Below are positions 22,701-32,610 of a stretch of 53,367 nt of DNA, piece after piece. The position numbers and the translations under genes were made by a program. Origin of the DNA: Rhizaria sp. SCN 62-66 (Eukaryota); NCBI GenBank assembly GCA_001724265.1, contig MEDY01000059.1, positions 62,001 through 115,367 of the forward strand. The letters are read 5' to 3'. The notes under the pieces were generated by a model, which was not told where the DNA came from, made no database searches, and saw only the letters and a program-made list of their open reading frames with translations. How positions within the stretch are numbered: position 1 is the first letter of the stretch; each line of letters begins with the position of its first letter.

Positions 22701-23690
22701 CCTGGCCGTGGCCGAGACTGTTACACTTCGCGCCGCTCTCGGCGTCGCGTGTCGCCGAGGTGGGCATAGGCGCGGGGTGCCGCAACGGGCACCACAGATC
22801 GAAGTCCCCGCGCAAGTCGGGCCGCCCGCCCGCAAGCACCGTGCGCGCGACTGCCTGCACGTGGCGCGCGCGCATGTGCGCGTGCGCGCAGAGCGCGGAC
22901 CGCAGCAGCGCGATGGCCGCGCGCCACGTGCACTGCAGCTGCATCGACTCCGCCTCCACTGACGGCGTGTCCGGCTCCAGAGAGGCCGGCGTGGCCGGCG
23001 CAGCGGGCGCGACCGCGGCGCTGCCACCGTCCCACGAGCTGTCGCACTCGCTGTCGCGTTCGCTGTCTCGGTGGCTGTGACGAGCATGGTCACGAGCACG
23101 GTCACGGTCATGGCTAAGCGTGTCATTGTTTGTGGCGCCCGCGGTGAATGAGCTGGGGCGCATAAGTGGGCTGATGTGGCCGCCGTTGTAGTCAATGTCG
23201 CCCTGGCCGTCGCTGTAGCTGTTGCCGCCGGCGACACAGTCCGGCATCGACAGGTCGTTCTCGAGCGACTCGATCATTTTGCGGCGGAAGATAGACGTCG
23301 CCAGCGACAGAAGCAGCGCGGTAACCGAGGGCACGGTGGAGCCAGCGGCTGGGACAAGCAGCAGCATGTGTTCCGATGCAAGCGAGTACCAAAGGAAGGG
23401 CGCGAGACAGGCCTCATCGACGCCTGAGAGCGCCACGCAACTGCGCGCGAACTCCTGTACAGCAAGGGGGCAAAGACAGATCAAGAAATGATGAGTGATG
23501 GGTCTCTCGAAGGTCAAATGGCGAAGCTTTGTACCTTGCAAGGTTGATTGAGACACGGACCTGGACGTCGTGGAGCATGGGGCGGCCGGTGTCTTCATCG
23601 AGGGCGACGGCCGCCTCGCTCAGCGCGTCGGTCTCTTCGACGCAGATCAGACTGCGACCGCTTTCCTGCAGGATCACAGTCACATCCTCG
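19753..23690 (-). CDS. Large protein with a C-terminal divergent SAM-dependent methyltransferase domain (family 16 / METTL21-like); exons 23690-23561 and 23454-19753; first exon not resolved
   Basis: LALAEW…RVLVLGAGAGLLPIVAA…VIAADCEPVVVELLLDNLRAN…FDW…LILVANCWH…LL follows the motif order of family-16 lysine methyltransferases. An acceptor TTTAG at 23691 implies at least one further upstream exon that could not be assigned. Confidence 0.65.
23455..23560 (-). other. Spliceosomal intron (106 nt)
   Basis: CAG|GTCCGT donor and …CCTTGCTGTACAG|GAG acceptor; gives the in-frame join LHDVQ|EFARS. Confidence 0.7.
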
Positions 23691-25155
23691 CTAAAGAGCA
23701 ATGGTATAGTATGGTAGACAGATGGACATTTGTGTGAGTTGTTCTTGTTCGTGATTCACAGCGAGTTAGCCGTCAAGTCGGAGGATTCTTGTGAAGGGAC
23801 AGAGTGCAGTTTCAAGATTAGAGCAGGATACATAATAGCCGATGACCATTCGAGCGTGTGCCGGGCAAAGACAACTAACCTTGATGGGAGTGTTGTGAAC
23901 TGGTAGGGTTCCTCGCCCCAGGTGCACACTTTCTAGTAGTATGAGCCATGCGAACGTGGCTCCGCCATGTCCACTATGCGCTGCTGGTCTAAACGAGTCT
24001 GCTATGAAAGAAGAAAACAAACAAAGGATGTATAATTATCAGAACAAGTAGATAATCACAGAAACATATTCGAGTAGAATCTCCGATCGCAGTTATCGAT
24101 CACACGATCGAGATATTATTGCTCGAGTTTAGCAGCTGACAGTCTGCATCTCGCATCAGTGATCAGGAAATACACGCAACGTAGAACTAAAGTAGAGATT
24201 TTAAGTCAAGATCTTAACAAATCAAGGGGATTTTTATGTATAGTATTATGTAAGCACAAACACGATGCGCGGAAGCACAATTAATATACGTATATTGGAA
24301 ATAGGTAGCTGTATATCCTCGGACATGTCATAGAACCATGCAAGTAACACATCTGCCACGCCAACACTTTATAGGGGTAGGCGGCAGTACATCCAGGACT
24401 GTGTCATGACAAAAGAGTTACCTTTACACTGAATGTACAATTTAAATAATAGGCGTACGATGCTTGCATATCTCGCGCTTTTTTGACGCCTCCATTCGAT
24501 GGTCTCATTACTCTTCACATCGAAGCTTTGCAGGATCAGATCTGGTGATTGCATCGCAGAAATACAAGATTTTACATTATAGCAAGACTATTCGACGAAA
24601 TAAAACATGTTGTTTTCGGGCATGTATTAATATGCGTTCAAACCATCGGAAGTTTCAAGTGAGAGTCACTTGAACAGACTTCTAGACGTCGCATAGACAC
24701 AATTATATGAATAATCATACAAAAATCTTTTAGGCATATTGTAAAGTTACATAGATACTTTGTTAATCCAGAATTATCGTACCGGATGACGTTGTATAGC
24801 AAGAGATACACTCGATTCAGAAATATGTGGTGGAAATTAAATCAATTATTATTTTTGCGAACTGCGAGCCAACGACGAAGGGGCTGGTTTTGATTCGCCA
24901 GAGGGTACAGCGCGTCTCAAACGTGTTTTCAACAAACATGGTTTTATTATTATTTTCAATTATACTATAACCATATCGTACTGCGTTCGTATCCCATCCA
25001 GACGATGGCTTGTGTCGTGGCTGGCTGTAATTCTGGACTCCTTTTGGCCTCTGCCCTCATCTTCCTCCCCTTTGCTGACTTGTCCTTTCGTTTGTGCCTG
25101 CCTGTTTGTCTTAATGCTTGCTTTTCCCCGCGCGTAGGTGTTCAACAGAGACGAG

Positions 25156-28100
25156 ATGCGGATCGCTCGCGCACCTCCTTCCCGAGGAGGAGTCGCGTCA
25201 CGCTCTGCGTCGCCGCTCTTGTTGTGGGCGCTGGCACTGGCCGCTTTCTTGCTGGCCCTAGCAGCGCCCATCGTTGGCGTCAAAGCCAGCGCCACAGCGG
25301 CGATGCGCATTGTTTCCGCCGATGACATTGCGTCCAACCCTATTTTGTACGGTAACATCGAGGCTTCGCGAACGCACGGGCTGCTCGAGCGCATCGACGC
25401 CACGGGCTCCTTCACGTCGGTCCAGCGCGAGCTGCACAACCCCTGGTCGCTGATCAAGGGCGCCACGATGGAGCGCCCAGCCAACTACTCGCTGCTGGCG
25501 ATGACGTCGACGATTGAGGGCCAGCAGCAGAACCTGGCGTTCGTGCAGGACGTGGACCCCACGCTGATCTTCCGCAAGTGCGAGCCCGGGTACTCGCCCT
25601 TCTTCAAGTCCTACGCGTGGGGTGGGTCAAGCAAGTACGTGCTGCCGATGACGCGCGTTAAGGGCCACGACCAGCGTGTGGCCTTTGAGGGCGTGATCAA
25701 GGTCGGCGGGCAGTCGATCCCCGTCGGTATCGACACCGGCAAGGGCATCTCCTGGGTCGTGTCCACGGCCGTCAAGCACAAGGCCACGCGCATGCTCAAG
25801 AAGTTCAACCCCACGCGCGCCGTGGGGTCGACCAAGGCCAAGGTGCTGGGCATGCCGGTGCAGATTCGTCTCAGCGAGGGCAGCCGGCAGCCTGACTCGT
25901 ATAACGACATCGCTGCCGGCCTCCAGCGCGTCGACGCCATGGCCAACTTCCTCCCGCCACCGCCCTCGACGCCCTACAAGAGCCCCAGCGGCGGCGGCGG
26001 CGACAAGACGCCGCTGATTGCGACGGCCAATTCGCCGACGCAGAGCATGCTGTCGTGGGCCGGCATGAGCAAGCGCGCGCGCAAGTTCATCCCCAGCGGC
26101 ATGATGCCGCGTATCACGGGCCGCCTCAAGGCCGACTTCCTGTCCAAGCATAAGTCTGGCCCCAACTGGTTCATGAAGCTGCTCATCTTCGCCTTTAAGG
26201 TCCTCAAGGCCGTGTTCAAGGAGTACGCCGACGGCGGCGCTCTATCCGGCGGCGACGACGCCAAGGATGGCGACGCCGCTGCCGAGGGCGGCGAGGGCCA
26301 GTCCGAGGGCAGTGGCGAGGGCCAGGCCTCTCAGGAGGAGCAGGCGCCCGCGGCGGAGGAGGGCTTCTTTACCCAGCTCTCTTCCCTCATCACGACCCGC
26401 ACTCAGTCTCAGGCGGCAACCAAGACCTCCGCCAGCGGTACCGCGAGCGCGACGTCGACGGCCGCCGCGGCTGCGCGCGTGCGCGCGTCGCTGGCGTCAA
26501 TGTTCGCGGCCGCCGAGGCCTCGGACGCGGCCTCGGAGACGGACGCGGCGGCCGTGCACGCGCTGTCCGCGCTGTTGGGTGCCGATGAACTCGCCGGCGA
26601 CCTGGCCTTCGTGCGCCTGCTGGCCCAGAACGACTGGGTCACCGCTGACTCGGTCAAGCAGTTTCTCGCGCTTAACGGCCAGCACAAGGCCGCTACCGCC
26701 GCCGCTGCCGCTGCTGCTGCTTCTGCTGCTGCGGCCGAGGGCGTGTACTCGTTCATTTCGACCGCCGACGAGGCGCGCGCCGCTGTGGCCGCCCAGACCG
26801 CCGCGGCGTCATCGCTTATCGACACCTCCTCTGGCGCCGGCGCGGACTCCGCGGCCGCGGCTGCGGCGTTGCTGTCGACGACGGTGCTGGTGCCGTCGCG
26901 CGCGTGGGCGGCCATGTCCGACGATGAGCTCACGGCGCTGCTCGCGCTTGGCAGTGAGACCACGATCGAGGAGGACGAATCGCTCGCCGCGGAGCTCGAG
27001 GAGGCCGAGGCCGCCGAGGCCGTCGAGACCGAGATCGCGTCGCTGCTCGAGGCCGGCGCCACCGCGGGCGTGGGGCTTAGCGCCGCGCGCGCGACCGAGC
27101 GCGTCACCGCGCTGCGCAAGTACCCGGCCCCGCCGCCGCTGCCGTTCACCTCGCAGCAGCTTGAGGTCTCGCTTGCGCCGCCCGTGCACGTGCTGCAGGC
27201 GCTCGTGGACCGCGTGACGGCCGCGGCCGCGGCCGCCGCGCACGACCCCGTTGCGCGCGACCGCCTGCTGCACGCCGCCGCGGCGTCGCTTGCCCGCAAG
27301 CACGGCCGCCACGTCCCCGCGGTGACTGCGGAGCACCTGCGCGCGCTGGCGGCGTCGGCGCAGTCGGGCCGCGTGCGCACGCTCGTGGACGACTTCTTCG
27401 CACACGCGCAGCACCAGCTGGCGCAGGCGCGCGACCACCGCGCGCGCCTGGCTGTGCGCGCGCGTCTCGCGCGGCGCTTCGCCGACGCCTACGGCGTGGG
27501 CTCGCTGGACGACTACATGGCGGGCCGGCTGCAGGCTGACGAGCTGGGGCTGCTGCGCAAGCCCGACGCGGCGCGCGAGGACCACATCGACTGGGAGACC
27601 TGTCCCTCCACTGATAGCGACGGCGCCGACCACAGCGGCGGCGCCAGCACGGCTTCGACAACCTCACCCAGTGCCGCGGGCGCTGAGGAGGGCGGTGGCA
27701 TGATGACCGCGTCGTTCGCGGCGCCCGCCGTGGCGGCGTTGTCCTCTGCGGCGTTCCCGCGCTGGGTGTCACCCTTCGCGGCCAAGTGCCCGCACCTCAA
27801 TGCCACGGAGCGCTACAACACGCGTCTGTCCGAGGCCGTGTACTGGGCCGAGCCGACAGAGCCGATGCTGCGCCGCGCCGTATATGGGCTTGACCACCTG
27901 CGCATGCCCGATGACATTAACGCCGCCATGCGCGCCGCGGGCGCCAAGGCGGACCGCTTCGCCGCGCTCGTCGCCAGCGCCGACTTCGCGGCCGCGCTGG
28001 CCAACCGCGCCGAGGACGAGCAGGGGCTCGAGACGGACCCGCGCAGCTACCGCGTCATTAACCGCGGCGGCTCCGTCCGCAAGCCCAAGTCCGCGGCCGG

Positions 28101-31100
28101 CGGCAGCAACAGCAAGATCAAGCGGTCCGTGAACCCCGGCGACATCCGTGCGCGCATGCACTCGCTGGTCGAGCAGCAGGCCGAGACCGCCGCGGCCGCC
28201 GGTTCCGCGACCGCCGCCACGGCTGAGGCCGCCACGGCTGAGGCCGCCGCGGCTGCGGGCGCCGCCGCGTCCGCGCTGTACCAGGGCCTCACGCGTGAGC
28301 AGGCGTTGGACCTGCTGTGGGAGCAGTGGGCGGCCGACGCCGCGACGCTGCCCGCGGGGGAGCAGGAGAAGCTCTTCATCGAGCTGGGCTCCTCGCTCGC
28401 GCGCGCCACGGCCGCGGCCGTCAAGAGCGACGACACCAGCGCCATCACTGGCAACATCTACGGCGACGAGGACTACGACACGATCTCGGCGGTTGAGCGC
28501 GAGCGCCGCGCCGCCGTCCGCGAGTCCCTCGCGCGCGCCTACGCGGCGGCCTCCGGCGTGCCGCTGCGCGCGGCACGCCTCGCGATGGCCGCCGCGTCGG
28601 CCGCGCAGAGCGACAACACCGCCACCTCTGGCGCCGCGCTCGACGAGGCCATCTCGGCCGCCGCGGCCGCGCTCAACGCCGACGGCAAGGCTTCGTCCGC
28701 CAGTGCGACCGGCGCGGCTGCCGCGGCTGTCCTGGCCCGCGCCGCCGCCGAGTCTGCTGCGTCGGCTGCGGCTGCGGAGCGCGCGGTGATGAGCGGCGCG
28801 GGCGTGCTGGACTGGGAGCGCGTGTACGGCCCCGAGCTGCTGGCCACGATGATCGGCGCCGACGAGCTCGCGCAGCTCCGCGCGGACGCGCTCGCCACGG
28901 CCTCCGCGCTCACACCTGATGAGAGCGACAGCGCCGACGATAGCAGTGACGACAGCACCGTATTCGCCGAGCTCGGCGCCGGCGTGAGCGCGGGCAAGAA
29001 GAAGGGCGGCAAGAAGGCGGCGAAGGTGACGATCGAGGACATGGGCGCCGTGTCGTACGAGGGTGAGTGGGACGTGCTGGGCACGGGCTACGCCAAGCAC
29101 AAGTTCGCCGTCGTCGTCAAGGTCAATGAAGCGTACCCCACGCTCACCTCGCTCTCCGGGCTTCTCGGGCTGGGTTACAGCGGCGACATGACCGTCACAC
29201 GCGGCCTCACGCAGCCCTTCTTATCCAACGCTTACACGCTGGAGCGGCACCCGGGTACGGGCGCGCCGCCCTGCATGGGCATGCCGTGCGTGATGGACCC
29301 GGCGGCGATGTGCTGCGAGGAGCAGCGGCCGGCGATCTTCTCCTTCTACGTGCACCGCTTCTTCCAGGGCGCGTGCTTCAGCATGCACCAGCCGGATATG
29401 GGATGGGCGGGCGGCCCGATGATGTGGGCGCCCGCTGTGCACTCGTACTCGAGCTGGATGGTGCGCGTCGACGACGTGCTCATCGGCGGCGTCGCGCTCG
29501 GCACGGGCCCCATGCATGCCGCGGTGCACACCAACTACGAGAACGTGGCTGCGCCCATGGACTCGGGCGCCTTCTGGTCCATGAACTTTGAGGCGCGCGT
29601 GCCCGTGGACCCCTCGTGCAAGGACGTGCAGAAGCTGCCCGACGTGACCTTCCTCGTCAACGGTCACCGCCTCACCATGACGTGGGTCGACTACGTGCGC
29701 GTGCTCGACGGCGGCGACGGCTCGCTCGTCTGCCACTCGCGCTTCGTTTCGGGCCCCTGGGGCGCGTTCCCCGCGCCCACCTGGATCTTCGGCTACCCCT
29801 TCCTGGCTAAGTTCTTCACAGTCTTCAACGCTGTGTCGGGGCAGATTGGCTTCGCGCCTGCCGTGCACATCAAGTACGAGGTCCAGGGCTGCAAGCCTGG
29901 CGCGGGCGGCGCGCTCGACACCGTCATGTCCGGCTGCATCAAGAACGGCCCCGGCGGCGCGCCCGGCGCGGCGCCCGGCAACGGTGGTCGCGGCGGCGGT
30001 CGTGGCGGCGGCGGTGGCGGCGCAGCGATCCCGCGTCTGCGCGCGGGCGAGCGCGTGATGCCCGACGGACGCGTGCGTGACGGTAAGGGCAAGGTCATTG
30101 GCCGCATCGACTACAGCACTGGCGCCGTGCGCGGCCGCGACGGGCGCGTGGTGCGGCCCCCGATCGAGCTCAAGAGCCAGGGCAGCACTCAGGGTGCCGT
30201 CGTCAAGCCGCAGACGGAGAAGAAGGACGCCGCGCAGCCGACGCCGCCGCCGCAGACGCCGCTACCCGAGCAGCTGCAGCCGGAGCTGGCGGAGCCGGTG
30301 CCCGAGACTGCGGCCGAGGCCGAGGCGCGCGCCGCCGAGGAGGCGCAGGCCGTGACAGACTTCTCCGACGCCGACGCCGACAACGCGGGCAGCGAGGGCA
30401 ACTCGACGGCGGGCGACAGCACCGAGTCGCTGGGCGCGCGCGTGCGGTCGGGGTTGTCGCAGCTGCACGGGACGGACAAGGGCCACATAGTGAGCGAGCG
30501 CGAGCCGTGGGAGGATGCATGGCGGCGCGTGCTGCGCAAGGTGGGCCAGCTCGAGGTCGAGCTTGACTACTACAACCAGGTTCTCGTCGCGCGCCTGCGC
30601 CAGGAGGGCAAGGAGAGTGTGGCGAGCCTGTTCGAGCGGCAGCTGCAGCGGCTGGCCGAGACGCTGCTGGTCGTCAAGACGTGGGCCGAGGGCCACGCGC
30701 GGACGCCCGCGCACACGGCGCTGCTGCGGCGCGCCGAGCAGCAGGGCCGCGAGGACGAGCGCGTGTGCATGACGACAATGAACCCGGCCTACGGGCGCAC
30801 GTGCCGCGACCTGCTGCGCCTCGCGCGGCGCCTGCAGACGGTCACGGCGGCCGTGGACGTGCAGATGGGCCGCATCCCCGTGTACCCCGACCAGGACAAG
30901 CAGGCCGGGCTTGACGGCGCCGCGGGCCGCGACGCGCGCTCGCCTGCGTGGGCGCGCCAGCGCGTTGAGGAGGGCCGCAAGCTCGCCTGGGCCGTCGTGT
31001 CCGACGCCGAAGCCGAGGCCGCCGCGGTGCGCCGCGCCAACGACATTCTGCAGCGCGGCGGCTACGTCAACACGCTCGCACCCGCGTCCGAGGCGGACCA

Positions 31101-31695
31101 AATGTCCGCTGAGGAGAGCGGGGCCGCCAAAGACGCGGGCCCCAGCAGTAGTGGCAGCAAGGTGAACGAGCGCGAGTGGTACTCGAAGCTGACGGGCGAC
31201 CAGAAGGCCGACAGCTCCGTTATCGAGGGCATGTTCAAACCGCGCCAAGTGCCTGAGTTCATCTCAAAGGCCGGGCTCAACGCGGCCGCGGGCACGACCC
31301 CTACGCAGAGCATCAAGGAGCTCATGCGGCCGCGGTCCTCGCGCGTGGCTTATCTGGAGCGCCGCGGCATCTTCGGGCTCGGCAACGACATGACGGGCGC
31401 CGAGAGCACTCGTGCCTACGGACGCATATACAACGCTGACCTGGTGGCAGCGCAGGGCGCCTCGCTGCTAGAAGTTGGCGCCGGCGCGCGCCAGCGCGTG
31501 CGCGGGGACCTTGCGCAGCGCCGCGCGCGCGGGCCGCCGGGCGCGGACTGGCCCGAGGCCGAGGCAGTCATGGATGAGGCCCCGGTGGACTGGAACCGCG
31601 TGAGCGATGCATGGCAGCAGAGCCAGAACCCGTTCCACCGGACGATGAACAAGTGGCGCAACCGGGTGCACAGCGAGTGGATCCACACGCCGTGA
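25156..31695 (+). CDS. Secreted pepsin-family (A1) aspartic protease-like protein with an atypical active site and very large insertions, 2179 aa
   Basis: N-terminal hydrophobic signal (LLLWALALAAFLLALAA). N-lobe elements FEGVIKVGGQSIPVGIDTGKGISWV, KFNP, SGLLGLGY and IFSFYV. C-lobe elements WMVRVDDVLIGG, VDPSCKDVQKLPDVTFLVNG, WIFGYPFLAKFFTVFNAVSGQIGFA. Start placed at ATG 25156, after an acceptor-like TAG at 25137. Confidence 0.85.
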   Translation: MRIARAPPSRGGVASRSASPLLLWALALAAFLLALAAPIVGVKASATAAMRIVSADDIASNPILYGNIEASRTHGLLERIDATGSFTSVQRELHNPWSLIKGATMERPANYSLLAMTSTIEGQQQNLAFVQDVDPTLIFRKCEPGYSPFFKSYAWGGSSKYVLPMTRVKGHDQRVAFEGVIKVGGQSIPVGIDTGKGISWVVSTAVKHKATRMLKKFNPTRAVGSTKAKVLGMPVQIRLSEGSRQPDSYNDIAAGLQRVDAMANFLPPPPSTPYKSPSGGGGDKTPLIATANSPTQSMLSWAGMSKRARKFIPSGMMPRITGRLKADFLSKHKSGPNWFMKLLIFAFKVLKAVFKEYADGGALSGGDDAKDGDAAAEGGEGQSEGSGEGQASQEEQAPAAEEGFFTQLSSLITTRTQSQAATKTSASGTASATSTAAAAARVRASLASMFAAAEASDAASETDAAAVHALSALLGADELAGDLAFVRLLAQNDWVTADSVKQFLALNGQHKAATAAAAAAAASAAAAEGVYSFISTADEARAAVAAQTAAASSLIDTSSGAGADSAAAAAALLSTTVLVPSRAWAAMSDDELTALLALGSETTIEEDESLAAELEEAEAAEAVETEIASLLEAGATAGVGLSAARATERVTALRKYPAPPPLPFTSQQLEVSLAPPVHVLQALVDRVTAAAAAAAHDPVARDRLLHAAAASLARKHGRHVPAVTAEHLRALAASAQSGRVRTLVDDFFAHAQHQLAQARDHRARLAVRARLARRFADAYGVGSLDDYMAGRLQADELGLLRKPDAAREDHIDWETCPSTDSDGADHSGGASTASTTSPSAAGAEEGGGMMTASFAAPAVAALSSAAFPRWVSPFAAKCPHLNATERYNTRLSEAVYWAEPTEPMLRRAVYGLDHLRMPDDINAAMRAAGAKADRFAALVASADFAAALANRAEDEQGLETDPRSYRVINRGGSVRKPKSAAGGSNSKIKRSVNPGDIRARMHSLVEQQAETAAAAGSATAATAEAATAEAAAAAGAAASALYQGLTREQALDLLWEQWAADAATLPAGEQEKLFIELGSSLARATAAAVKSDDTSAITGNIYGDEDYDTISAVERERRAAVRESLARAYAAASGVPLRAARLAMAAASAAQSDNTATSGAALDEAISAAAAALNADGKASSASATGAAAAAVLARAAAESAASAAAAERAVMSGAGVLDWERVYGPELLATMIGADELAQLRADALATASALTPDESDSADDSSDDSTVFAELGAGVSAGKKKGGKKAAKVTIEDMGAVSYEGEWDVLGTGYAKHKFAVVVKVNEAYPTLTSLSGLLGLGYSGDMTVTRGLTQPFLSNAYTLERHPGTGAPPCMGMPCVMDPAAMCCEEQRPAIFSFYVHRFFQGACFSMHQPDMGWAGGPMMWAPAVHSYSSWMVRVDDVLIGGVALGTGPMHAAVHTNYENVAAPMDSGAFWSMNFEARVPVDPSCKDVQKLPDVTFLVNGHRLTMTWVDYVRVLDGGDGSLVCHSRFVSGPWGAFPAPTWIFGYPFLAKFFTVFNAVSGQIGFAPAVHIKYEVQGCKPGAGGALDTVMSGCIKNGPGGAPGAAPGNGGRGGGRGGGGGGAAIPRLRAGERVMPDGRVRDGKGKVIGRIDYSTGAVRGRDGRVVRPPIELKSQGSTQGAVVKPQTEKKDAAQPTPPPQTPLPEQLQPELAEPVPETAAEAEARAAEEAQAVTDFSDADADNAGSEGNSTAGDSTESLGARVRSGLSQLHGTDKGHIVSEREPWEDAWRRVLRKVGQLEVELDYYNQVLVARLRQEGKESVASLFERQLQRLAETLLVVKTWAEGHARTPAHTALLRRAEQQGREDERVCMTTMNPAYGRTCRDLLRLARRLQTVTAAVDVQMGRIPVYPDQDKQAGLDGAAGRDARSPAWARQRVEEGRKLAWAVVSDAEAEAAAVRRANDILQRGGYVNTLAPASEADQMSAEESGAAKDAGPSSSGSKVNEREWYSKLTGDQKADSSVIEGMFKPRQVPEFISKAGLNAAAGTTPTQSIKELMRPRSSRVAYLERRGIFGLGNDMTGAESTRAYGRIYNADLVAAQGASLLEVGAGARQRVRGDLAQRRARGPPGADWPEAEAVMDEAPVDWNRVSDAWQQSQNPFHRTMNKWRNRVHSEWIHTP

Positions 31696-32610
31696 GGCGC
31701 ATGAACACCGCCGCGCATGCGGAGCATGAATGTTGGTTGCGTCGATTAAGGGCTCGATGACGCACATGCGGTTGGATGGTGGGATAACGAAGTATATCGT
31801 GTATAATGTATATGATGGCCACGCACTTCTGTGTGAGAATGCGGCCTTATTAAGGCGGTCCTCCGTGCGAGCAGTTTACATTGTACATGTAAGTCAAAAT
31901 CATACAAAACCTCATTTAAGCAAAGCGCTTCAGTATCATTTTTCATGTATTTTTAAACTTCTAATGGAACTAAATTTTCCTATATAGTCCAACACGTCAA
32001 ATCACAAGGGTTTTTGAAAAAATATCACTTAGAGCTCGTAATTAAGCAGTGCTTGTGGTGAAAGAACGAACTCTAATGATGTTGATTCCTTCGCTGTGGT
32101 ACGGTTCGGGAAAAATCAGCACACAAAAAAAGACGCTATTTTTCGGTCGGCAAGCGAGTCGGAGAGAGGCGCGAGCCTGTTTCAGAACGTGTGTTTGTGC
32201 ATTGTGCGATACCGAGATAAGGCTATTTCATATTTTTTCGTATAAAGTAGTACATGCCATAGCTGTGGTAACTGCACTTTGGTCGTTTAGGCGGCAGTGG
32301 AGGCAGTGGACGTCCCCCTCCGTTCCAATTCGAGCGACACAGATTTCGCTCAAACAGCCTTCTTGGCGCGCGCCCTGGTCCTGCTTGCCATGCCGGCGAG
32401 GTGTGCTGCGTGCAAGACACTTGTACCAACATTATGTGGGTGACAAAGTCCTCCACGTTTAATTTCACAGTTTCCTGTCGTGCCTGTGCATCGCACAGGC
32501 CCCCGAGCGTGCTGTCCGCGTGCCCTCGCGCCTCCTCCCCTCTCTCACCGTGTTCTGCTTTCATTTCCCCAATTTTGTTTCTTTTGCGACAGGAACGGAG
32601 GTCTGGCCAC

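Noticed and set aside
23766-24020. Small ORF as the first exon of the methyltransferase gene
   Set aside because: The nearest ATG with the donor at ~23879 gives phase 1, whereas the exon at 23690 needs phase 2; the structure is unresolved.
24855-24910. tRNA-like T-arm (GGTTTTGATTC in a CTGG/CCAG stem); also GTTCGAA near 19316
   Set aside because: No cloverleaf or properly spaced A and B boxes could be built.
25880-29030. Intein or mobile element explaining the large in-frame insertions
   Set aside because: No intein splice-junction or homing endonuclease motifs, no terminal repeats and no transposase or RT motifs were seen.
32401-32610. 70-aa N-terminal extension of the giant ORF from a GTG start
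   Set aside because: Non-ATG start, intron-like composition ending in CAG at 32592, and the signal peptide begins at ATG 32611.
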